Assembly: GCF_964204645.1 (NCBI RefSeq)
Contig: NC_134026.1
Coordinates: 30,600,150 to 30,664,149 of the forward strand
Reading direction: 5' to 3'
Length of the DNA stretch: 64,000 bases
Source of the DNA: Tubulanus polymorphus
Lineage: Eukaryota; Animalia; Nemertea
The notes under the pieces were generated by a model. The model made no database searches, was not told the origin of the DNA, and was given only the letters and a program-made list of their open reading frames with translations. Shown here piece by piece: positions 13,386-29,500 of the stretch (position 1 is its first letter; each line of letters opens with the position of its first letter). Both the position numbers and the translations under genes were made by a program.

Positions 13386-13450
13386 TTCTCCTAGATATTG
13401 CATCTATTCAGATGTATAATACATCTGAATAGATGCAATATCTAGGAGAA
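13386..13450. repeat. Perfect palindrome with 31-bp arms
   Basis: ttctcctagatattgcatctattcagatgta-taa-tacatctgaatagatgcaatatctaggagaa. Confidence 0.95.
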
Positions 13451-14162
13451 TTGAGTTTCAGGTTTTTCCTGATCTCTGTCTTAACAAAAAGGGCAGCTCC
13501 AATGTGAAGGCAGGCGCACCCCAGATCCAACCCAACCATTTTATTGTAAGTGAAGATCTTGAAATACTAAAAATTAACAAGAGATCAATCATCACATTTA
13601 AAACAAAATTACATCTCATTTTATACGTCGAATAATTCATATAGCTACGCTAATATTCAACCAGGATGAAACTGTTTTAAATATTCCAGTTGTAGAATAT
13701 GTCACAAATTACTTAAACACAAGTTATTTTTTGCATCTTGCATCATTTTTACACAATGAAAAAATAGACATCTCGAGTAATACTAAGACTGTACATATTA
13801 TATCCACTTGAATTTACAGATATAAAAAAAAAAAACTTTCCTTAAAGTTCTGTGCATGATGATTCAGTTGTCTCCCGATATTTGAAACAACTCTTTCAGA
13901 TTTCATAACTACCATATATTTACAAATTGCATGTTTTATTTGTGTTTTTTATGAGACAAAAATGCAATAATCAAATGTTTCAATACTTTTCAATGAATTG
14001 CGGACTTATCGTAGATGATGATGTTGAATGAAAATGTGAGTAGATCGATCGAGGCAGGTATTGAGTTGAGTAATGAATGCCAAACGATTTTTCTTAAGTT
14101 TTTCATGAGAGAATCATAATATTTGCATACCCCGGTTTGTAACATAGAAGGTCACATCCAAA

Positions 14163-14309
14163 TACAGTGAAACTTGCTAAAGTCCTCATAGCTGGGACGA
14201 TTGTTATGTTGACGACTTATCCAACTAACCACTTACACTAAGTAAATCGAATTGGAAATAGAAATTGGGACTCAAAATTAGTGACTGACTTAACCAGGTT
14301 TGACTGTAG
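14163..14309. mobile_element. Tc1/mariner-type MITE; a relative with internal duplications lies at ~22015-22195
   Basis: TA-cagtgaaactt ... aggtttgactg-TA termini. Shared core tgggacgatt(g/a)ttatgttga...acttatccaa. Confidence 0.6.
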
Positions 14310-14868
14310 TTCCTTACGCGTACACTAGCTACGATCGTTTATACGTGATCCATTTTACGCATATGATCTAAATGAACATTCCCTTTGTAGTAAAAATATG
14401 CTGCCACTTTTATCTACACTATTCATTAATAGGAATAGGAAGATTCTCTAGACGGATGATACACATGTTTGTATTATTCAGATGAATTCACTCACACGCC
14501 TGTAACCCGGTACTAGTGGAAATAGTCTTTTGATCGATTGCTTTTATCAACTTTATCCCTCAAAGACCCTTGACTTAAAACAGTCGTGACTTCATTCCGA
14601 TAATGGTTTTAAGGCAGGTTTTGGTTGGTGTCAACCAAATACAGAATTATCTTCCGGCGCGTTTGTTTTGACCAGAACGCGATCTACCTATTCCGGAATA
14701 GCATAATCTGTAAACCAGATAGAAGCGGCCGGTAGAGAGTTTGTAATCTGCAATTGATATTCTTTAACCTTCAAGCGTTCAATTGAAAGCTGCTTACATC
14801 ACAGAACTGATTTGAAGTTGTCAACTGGTCTTACACTGAGCGTTAACTGATCGAAGGTCTGATTAACA

Positions 14869-15206
14869 CATCCTCCCCGGCAGGGATTCGAACCTGATGG
14901 CATCGAGATTGCCACGGCACGAAACCCTGCCATAATCGACCGTGTGCGCAGATACATGCGCAGTTCAGATGATGTGATTTTTAGCCAATCAGAAATCCCG
15001 TTTTATTTTAGCCCGGGTTTTCCCATTTATAGTTCTTCCTTGAAATTTGCCTCAACGATTATACGACAAGCAATCTGATTGGTGCCGCCAGTTTTCGTTC
15101 GGAAAGCTGCGCATGTACCTGCGCACCCGGTCTACTGATGCAGGGGTTCGTGCCGTGGCTGAGTGTAGCGATGCCATCAGGTTCGAGTCCCTGCAGAGGG
15201 AGGATG
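14869..15206. mobile_element. Non-autonomous long-TIR element with tRNA-like arms and 8-bp TSD
   Basis: Imperfect TIRs of ~95 bp (catcctccc...gggaggatg). GATTAACA is duplicated at 14861-14868 and 15207-15214. Both arms contain the B-box GGTTCGA(A/G)TCC. Confidence 0.85.
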
Positions 15207-15294
15207 GATTAACACTGATTTGATGTGTATCATTTCAATGATCATCAGTATTTGTGCATACATTATTTTCTGCATTAAATGACGATATAATAAC

Positions 15295-15652
15295 CAGGGG
15301 CGGATCTAGGAATATGGAAGGCTCGAGTTCAACAGAAGAGAAAGAGGATCCCGCGCCTATGGCCACAAGCAGGGTACAGTTCCCTCTCGGGTGTGAAGAC
15401 AGAGTTTGTAGCAGTGAGGCTGAGGCAAAGGTAAGCACTTTTAGATAGTAAGATTTTGCGAAAAGTAGGCACTTTTTAAGAGCCTCGATTAAATCTGTTC
15501 AAAATTATGCACTTTCGGAGCCTCAAATTTGCAGGTTTTAACGAAAAGGGAACTTCTGTAATAGTTATACTATTTACATAACGTGCTTTTTAAATTCATA
15601 ATCCTAATTGGAAGGCAAGGACCCCGAAAATACTTTGATAGATCCACCCCTG
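15295..15652. mobile_element. hAT-like MITE (CAGGGGCGGATCTA termini)
   Basis: caggggcggatctag ... tagatccacccctg; no clean TSD. Related ends near 13293 and 54395-54405. Confidence 0.55.
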
Positions 15653-15687
15653 AATAATGAGGTTGCGATAAGGAATGAATGTTGAAT

Positions 15688-20221
<4,534 letters not shown>

Positions 20222-20501
20222 TTTGGTGATAATTATGGGATATTTGACGTCACTGCTCTCGGCCGATGGAGTTCCCTAGTCGAGCGATCTAACGACAATT
20301 CTAATTGGCTGATATTACGAGTGTCCAGTGCCCGCCAGAGCTTTCAACCAATCGGGGAACTCGTCTCAGATATCGACAGCTGCCTAGCGACATTCCGTAA
20401 ACAACATGGCCGCCTCCATGATATTCTGATCAATGAAAGTTATACCTTGAAAATAGATATTTTTTTCGGAAACAAGAGGAATACAGGACACGAAATACAA
20501 G
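20222..20501. promoter_or_regulatory. Bidirectional promoter between MIER and DNAI4
   Basis: 280 bp separate the divergent ATGs. TGACGTCA 20245-20252, ATTGG 20304-20308, CCAAT 20348-20352. YY1-like AACATGGCCGCC 20403-20414 and AAAATGGCGG over the MIER start codon. Confidence 0.7.
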
Positions 20502-23500
20502 ATGAAGCGTTCCACAATGACTGGGTAGGCTTTCTTTAAAATATGACGTGACATAATATTTCGAATCAGAGTTTTAATGGATTAAGGCCTCGATTTACCA
20601 CTCGCACTGATAATTCTCAGACAAATTTGACAAGTCAAATTACACACGCAGTGTACGCATAAAACCATTTTCATAATTCTATTGACAGGAACTCCAGTAG
20701 AAAGACTGGACAAGGTGCGAGCAGTTCTCGCAATAAGAACATGTCAGTGAGTCAAAGTCGAATCGGAGGTCGTAGTCAGATGGTCAGTTCAAGAACGATG
20801 CTTTCATCCTCGAGCAAGAAAAATCTTCCAATTGGTGGCGCTGCGGAGAAACCTCAGATCGGTAGAGCACCTGTTCAGGTAAGAGTCTATAATAAATTCA
20901 CTTTTAAGTCATCATCAGATGAATTTATCTCTTACTCATCTTGTTGATTTATTCTTGTGTGTTTAGGTAATAGATGATGCTGGCATGGACCGAACTCCAC
21001 AACCATTGCTGCATCTAGATCCTGGTGCCCTGAAAAAAGGACAGAGTAACATATTAGCTGATAGTAGTGGTGGTACGGTGAGTGTCCAGTTCAAATAATC
21101 GCGAACAAACTTTATGTTATATTAAAACCAACAACAATGAATGAAATGTACTTTTAGGTCCAAACAAACATTTATTTCATAATTGTTGGTTTTATATTTC
21201 ATTAAGTTAATGCTTATCTCATCGGGTTCTGTTAGAATAATTGTTGACTGATTTTGTGTCGTTTGATTTTAGCCGACAGATCTGATGTCTCAAGCTTCAA
21301 TATATCAAACAGGGACTGTTAGTACATACGGCGGAGGACCGTTTACAAGGTATAATCAGTCCAGTCTGATTATAAATCATTAGATTATTCTATCACAGAT
21401 ATCAATCTGTAGTCTTTCAACCATTCCTTTGAGCATCGATCTTTGTAGTGTTAAGTGTGGAAAATAAGGTTTTGAAAGTGTGCTGATTAAATGTTAAATA
21501 GTCTTGTGTTTGGGTGAAGTACCGAACACATGTGAAGTGTGGACGATCAGAAATTGGAATTATAAATTATCTAATTTCTGAAGGTAATGCTGGATCCAGG
21601 GATGCAGTGCGGTGTTGGGTGCAGTCTGATGTGATACATGGGCAGGGCTCAAACAGCAGTTTGATGCTGTATTGATAATTGTCTAATTACAGATCAGTGT
21701 TTAGTACGTCACAATCAGAGAAATCTAGCGAATCATTCAGTGCTGAAGATATCGGAGAACCTTCTGCTGATATCATATCTGCTTACGCAGGAATTCGACA
21801 CCGTAGAGAGGACACTAAAGAGGTCCTAACTGAGTCGGACTTAGAGAAATCTGTCGATGTTCATTTATCAGAAACTGAAACTATTTGGCTGTTAGACATG
21901 CCTGGTACGTGTGTCTCATTAGAGTCTGATGAAGCAACTGCAATCAAAACTAAGAATGAACAATACCAAGAAGTAAGTGTTCGTTATTTATTTTCATTTG
22001 TGATTTGTATGTGAGTCAAACTTGCTTAAGTTGTCATAGTTGGGACGATTATTATGTTGAGAACTTATCCAAATGACGACTTACACTTAGTAAATTGAGA
22101 ACTTATCCAAATGATGACTTACACTTAGTAAATTGAGAACTTAAAAAAAGTTATGACGTTTAATAAAGTTATGACTGATACTTAGTAAATTGAACTAGAA
22201 AAAGAAATTAGGATTCAAAATAGAGACCAGATTAACAATTTTGACTGTATGCTTAGATTTTGCTAAATAGAAATTGCTATCAAAAGTTTTTGATTTGCTA
22301 AGATAATGACTGATATTTATGTTTTTGTGTAGCTGATTAAAGGTCGAGTTGGTAATGATCTCTACGCTGAACGTGGTATGAACACATTTAACGATGCAGA
22401 AAAAGTGAAAGGAATACAAACTACTAAGATCGGTTTGAACGTAAGAATATAAAACATCTCTCTCTCCTTCCTCTCTCGCTGTGTGAAAATAATGTCTGAT
22501 GCAATAATATGGATACTTTTAGGATGTTGGAATCATGGCCACAACTTGGGACATGTACGATATGTTTGAGGCATTAAAAGAAAAAGAAAAGAAAGGTATT
22601 TGATAAAGTCCAGAAGCTATCCCGCTAGAAAAATATAAAACTTTCATCTCCCACACGAGAAATTTGCCAAATCACAGATAAACTCTGATTGATGCTTTTA
22701 GGGTTTAAATTTACGAAAATTATGGATGGAGTTTGATTAAATCAGAAAAGAAATCTGGCATGGTTGTCCTAATGTAAACTAGCACCACCTACCACAAGCA
22801 GACTCCTCAATAACCGCAGTCGACTGCAGAGTCTTCATAGCAATGATGCATGTACTCTTCTGAAGAAACATAATCTGAATCGCAATTTTTATCTTATAGA
22901 AAAAGAGGCCGAAGAAGAAGGTGAAAACAGTGAAGAGAAAACTGGAAGTCGACCGGAGACAGCGAAATCAGTCGATGAACAGACGATGTCTGTAGTCGAT
23001 GTAATAGCAGACGATACAACTGATAATAGAGCAGCAACACAAGCCAGTAACAGAACTAACATGGGTATGAAACTATCAAATCCCACAATATTGACTCAGA
23101 GTTTGTTAGTCTGACAGTTTGAGATTTATCTAAATCAATTCTTCAGACAAACAGGAACTGTTTCTCTGAAGATTAGATTTCGATCAGTCTCAAACTGTCG
23201 CGGATGGATAAACTTTAAGTATCATCATTTTATGATTATTATCGATTATCTTCAGTTTATTCGTCATTACTATGTCTTAATACAGAACTATCGATTATAA
23301 CATAAAGATCAGATTAACATCGATTCGTAAATAAACTTAATGCCGCAAAATAGAAAGGAGACAACTGCTGATTGAGAGTCTCGGACCTGGTGATGTCATC
23401 GAAAGTCCCGATATGAAAAAACGCAAAGAAAGTCTCCAATTATATCGAACGGCTGCGCAGATTGCTGCCGGATACCGGGAGCAGAGGACTCCGGTTCCAA

Positions 23501-26500
23501 CTCCTGTTAATGAGTTAGAATCTGATGATATTTATATCAATATCTGTAGTTCGAGTGCAGCAGCAGCAAGTGCTCTAAGTCCGAGCCCAACATTTTCTAG
23601 TTCAACCCCAACTTTAACAGGTATCTGATTAGTCTTATTGATAGCATGTTAGCCCCACAGGTTGTGGAATTTGTTAGCATGTAAGCTCCACAGGTTGTAG
23701 AATTTCATAGCATGTTAGCCTCATAGGTTGTGGAATTTCATAGCATGTAAGCTCCACAGGTTGTGGAATTTCATAGCATGTTAGCCTCATAGGTTGTGGA
23801 ATTTCATAGCATGTGAGCTCCACAGATTGTGGAATTTCAAAGTGTGCTAGTTTTTCCACAGATGCACATGTAAAATTGCAACTTACTGCATGATTTCATA
23901 CTGTTTTAAGCTCCCACAATGCTTATAAGAACTTTAATAGATTCATTGTTCAAATCAATGAAAAAAGCGAAGATAGAGATAGTACTGTGTAGGTTAACTA
24001 CGAGTTTTTGCTACTGATAGTTAATAAATCAGTAAAACCTACGCAGTATATTTACTGATTCCAGGTTAACACCGATCCTTTATTACTCATTAATAAATGA
24101 TGTCATTTGTGTTTATTTCAGACAGTAGAAATACATTCTCATCTCAAACTGATTCCGATAGCGTTTTCACCAGTAAAGATTCGGGTTTAGTCGCCGTACC
24201 GGATCAAAATGTTGTCAACGATCGTCTGATATTAGAGGTAATAAATATCCCCGCGAAAAAAACGGGGCTTGAATTTTTCGGAGTCCTACAACATTTTGAA
24301 ATCTAACAAATCAATAATGTAACAAATGACTGAGTGGATAAGAACACATGAGAACAAAAATACTTAGTAATAGGCAATTAAAACAGTTGTTTATAGACTG
24401 CAACTTGTCTAAACCAATTTCACTATCATCAGTAAGGATTCAAAATGGTGGAAAATTTTTATTACCGGCAGCAGATGTGAAAATCCCAACTGCAGTTGAT
24501 TTAAACATGATAAATATGATAATTTTCCAGTCAGAGAATTTGAAGAAGGATCTATTTGTGATGGAACGTGTTGTAAATATGAACACGTATCAACCTAAAC
24601 AAGCCAGTTATCGAATGTTTGAAATCATTCCGGGTAAGTCATCTTCTTCTTCTTCATCGTCATTAACCATCGTCGTTCATTCGTAAGGAGCATTTAGAAA
24701 TTAAATAGTGCATGAAATAATAATCAAATCTCTTCTCATAAACCGCGATCACTCAAAGTGTTTTTGACTTGGGACAAATTAAGCCTGTACCAGAAAAGCT
24801 CCAGGGGCCGGTTCCATAGTCATGACTTAGACTTAAGACCAGTCTAAGACTCTTTTAGTTATATAGCTAATCTAACAGCTTAAGACCAGTCTTAAGATTT
24901 AAGACCACTTTTGGACTTAAGTCACGACTATGGAACCGGCCCCAGGTCAATCGTTCACTCTGGGTTCAGTTCCACAGTTCCTTATTGAGTTTACTCATTG
25001 AAAATGAACTAACTTTAACTCAGAGTTAACCTGTGGAACTGGGTCCATATGTCAAATGGCAGGCTAAAAACTTGGACTAGATCTGTGCCAAATTTTAGCA
25101 AATTTAAAGATCCTGAGCCTTATTTTGATAGTATTTTGTGAATGAGTGGGTGATTTACGCACTTTCTGTGAACGCACTCTCTGATTCTCAAGCACGGGCC
25201 AAATTTTGACTTGTGTCTGGTCCCATGTGATCGTGGCTATAATCTCTTAGTCATTGTATTTATAGATTATAATTGATTTTAGTTTCATGCATGTCACTGA
25301 GTAGCGGTAATGAAGAGGATAATGATGATGATAATGATAAGGAGGCTGTAGAGTCTCGTAGGTTATAGTGTTATTACGTGTTGTGTTTTGGTGTAGGTTC
25401 TACTGAAACGACACATCCATGATTCCCTCTCTGGATCTGTCCATTCTGTGTCATATATCTGTATACTGTGTATCCTATGTCTATTCTAATGTTGCTAAAA
25501 ACTAATTCTGTTTTAAAACTTGTATGCTGACAGTTTCACTAATGTGTTTTATAACTTCATCGCTTCTTTTTTCTATGTCTTATTTTTGAGAAAGTGGAAT
25601 TTACTAGTACCCAGTATATGAAATGGGGGTTTTTGGCCACCTTAGAAAAAAACAATATTTTCAAGTCCAAAAATTAGATACCTAAATGCTATGCAGCCTG
25701 GGAATATATTCGTTTTTTTCGGTAACTTGTTTAACTTGTTTAGATTTCGAGTTCACTAGAAAAATTGGCAAGTTCCTTGAAATCAAGTCATCGAGTAGAT
25801 TGATGAAGATATGCTACGGTGGCCCAGGAAATACCTCTTTTTATATACTACTGATTTTTCATTTCAAATATCATCAATCTGCGTTTTTGATGCATTTATC
25901 GTTTATTGTTGTAGATATTGACAACAAGAAGGAGTTGGAAGCAGCTCAAGCCAGTCAACAGTTAGCTGTTGCTAATGTCGGACCTAATCTCGATCGGTTG
26001 TGGGCCTACGGTTGTCCGTTAACTAAAGGTAGAAATGTCAGTTGTATCGCGTGGAACAGAATCAATCCTGTAAGTTCTATATTTTACAGATCTCATCGAG
26101 TTGAATATTCACGACTTTGCCACCATCAATTCTTGTTGTTGTTGTTGTTGTAGGATCTGCTTGCAGTTGGCTACGGACAGTTTGAATTCACCGGTCAGAA
26201 GACAGGCCTCGTCTGTTGTTGGTCTCTTAAAAATCCTGAGGTGTGTGATGACCTGAAATCAACTAGACATGAAATACAATAGACTCTGCAAGCTACGGAG
26301 CTGATTGTCTTAGATTATCGTATGCCCCAGACTCTGTTGGCACTGAGCCAAACGCCTCAGATTATCATGCGATGACCCTAGATTTATTCGTCCCACAGCA
26401 ATCAGAGTCTACTGTACAAACACCTCATAGTGTTGGTTTCCATAGACAAGTGGCTGTCCAATATCAATAGTAGATAAAACCCACAATAAAAAGAAAAAAA

Positions 26501-29500
26501 TATCTGGTAGCTTAACGTTTCAACTCAATTCTATGAGACATTTTCAAAAACTGTTTTTGAAAATGTCTCATAGAATTGAGTTGAAACGTTAAGCTGCCAG
26601 ATAGTTTTTTCTTTTTATTTTGAGTTTTATCTACCTCATAGTGTTAATTACCACACTGTAAATGTATGTAAATTGACATGATTGATTTATTATTTCAGTT
26701 CCCTGAAAGAATCTACACGTGCAGCGCTGGAGTTACTGCTATGGATTTCTCCGCTACAAATCCAAATCTACTCGCTGTAAGTTGATATCATTTCAGTCGG
26801 CAGAAAGTGTCGGAAATATTGGGCCGAATTTTCATTTCAACGATGCATTCTATTCCAGGTCGGGTTGTATGATGGAAGATTAGAGATATTCAACGTAAGA
26901 AGCACGAAAGATGAACCCATTCTAGACAGTTTGTAAGTATGACTACATCTACATATCACCATATTTGGTGTGTTATTCAGAATGAACACTGACTACTCAA
27001 CATTTTATAAACCATTAATTAGAACTAAATGATAAAGTCGATGAAACATTTTAAAATCGATCCAACAAAAGCTTGAATAGAAAGATAAGTTTAAAAGAGC
27101 CGTTTCTAAATCGACCTTTGAATTGATGAGTGTAATGTTAATTCTAGTGAGTCAGAGGGTAAACATATAAATCCAGTTTGGCAGTTGAAATGGATTGAAA
27201 AAGAGCGAGGATCTGGAGAAGAGAGAGCTGAAGTGTTAGTATCGGTGTCAACTGATGGTCGAGTTACTCAATGGTCAATACGTAAAGGGTTCGAATGTTA
27301 TGGTTAGTTTGGACTTCTAACAGTTGATACACATATGATACACATCTATGTCATCTGTACAAAATTTCTAGATTTTCTTATAATGTGAATTTTTTCACAT
27401 TTGAAAAATCAACAGTAATTTTTCTATGTTAATAACTAATGATGAAACACTCTTGAGTTGGCTTTATAACAAGAACATGAAATCCCAGCACAATAAGGAT
27501 ATGAAGTCTGACAAGTTTCCTCGAGTTTATATTCTCAATATCTTTCTGTTGTATTGTGAAATAGATCTGATGAAATTGAAGCGAGTTACGCCTAAAGAAG
27601 GTCAGGGATCTCAGAAGAAAGATCGTAAAGGTGATTCACTAATATCGCGTTATTCCGGAGGTTACTGTTTTGACTTCAGTAAGAGAGATCCAAACATGTA
27701 AGTATTCTGGATCCGGTTCTACAGTTGTGAGTTAGTAGTAAATCTGAGTTCATTTATTTTCAACTGCGAGATAACTGAGGAATTAGGTCCAGTTTTGCGT
27801 TTAGAATAACCTAAAATTTGAATTTTCTGAAATGATTTATTTTCGGTTAATTATTTTCAGTTATTTGACTGGTACTGAAGAAGGACAGATTCATAGATGT
27901 TCATGTTCTTATAATGAACAATATCTGGAGAGCTATTTCGGTCACACTGTAAGTAGTTTGATTTCATCTCTTGTGTTAATATTCCTAAAGATGGCATCAT
28001 TGTTCTTCACACAAGTATTCTGCGAATGATGGTTTATGGGATCATTCAATTATTATGTATACACTGTATTTTTCAGCCCCCTTTTACGCAAAGCCTGCCA
28101 TTTTTTCCTATACATATACTTTAAGCATTGTAGTACACAATCGCACTAACCCCCTCCCCGTCCCCTAATGCGTATGTAATAGGTGAATGACCCCCATATA
28201 ACTAAATACTTTACGCAAATATTCAAGATTCTCAGTAGCAGTAGTTTTTTTTCGAAATCCCTCCTGATCCGAAGAAGAAAAAGTGTAAATCATGTTGATG
28301 CTTTCAAGGTACGAAGAGAGATACAATTCTATTTCAAGAGTAGCTGATCTTACGCGAAGATTAAAGCATTGAGCATTTCTTTGAACTCATTTAAAAATTG
28401 TTCTTAACATCAAATTGAAGCTGACAATCAGCTGACGATTGTGAGACTAGCTGACAATCAGCTGAAGATTGTAAGACTAGTTGACAATCAGCTTAAGATT
28501 GTACTAGTTATAGAACAGTATAGCGAAATAGTGAAATAGAGTATGTGCCTTGAGTAGTAATGTAAAACTGTAAGTTGATAGTTATCTCTCTCTCTCTCTC
28601 TTACTCTTATGACGTGACATGAATTGACGTATATAAGAGAACTGCACTTTGTATAGACCTCTCAGATCGCACTCTTTACGTAAAAACTATAAAATATACA
28701 ACACCCTCTGCTGTACTTCAAGATTGACAGGTAACGCCGGTCTGTATATGGGGTGTGATGCCTGGTGCAGTTATTTATTATCGATTTACTCCAATGACCT
28801 TTTATAAGGACAAGGTTGACGCTGCTGCTACTGCTGCCATCTCAAAACCTGTAACACGATAAAATCAGCTTAGCTAAACAATTACAGTCAGTGGTTCAAG
28901 TTCTTTAAGGCTTATCCATCCACTGAGGAACTGGATATGCAGGGACTCAGAATATATGCTCTTGTTTTATCCTCACAGTTGAACTGATATTCCACAAATA
29001 ACGATTCATAGTTTTCGATAATTGACTGGAGGTTTTAAAACACATCAAAAATGAACTGATTCTAATTTTTAGATTCAACTGTGAAATTCTGTTCAGATGA
29101 TTTCATAGAAAATCCACTTCATTTAGGACTCAGTTCCACAGTTGTTGAAATCAGCCACTCGAACATTTTGACGTGGAGAATAGGACCACGATAGAAAATT
29201 TAGGAAATCAAAAGCAAATTTTATTTATCAAACTTTAGAAATTGAAATAAAAAAACATAACTTTTCGGACTTTCTCTCGAGAGAGACCATCGTCAGGTGT
29301 TATGGGTCCAAAAAGTTGTGTCTTTTGATTTTTAAGTTTTGATAAATTAAATTCGTTTAATCCTCTAAATTTTGTATATAGTGGATTTTAAACTTATTCA
29401 TCTCTAAGAGCCTGAGAGAACTGTGGAATTGGATCGTGTGTCTGTGTGTTTATGATTAATCAGTCCGAACTGTGATCATAAATACATAAACAGCTTAAAC

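Noticed and set aside
23641-23859. ORF with CYEIPQP repeats
   Set aside because: Translation of the 33-bp intronic minisatellite on the opposite strand.
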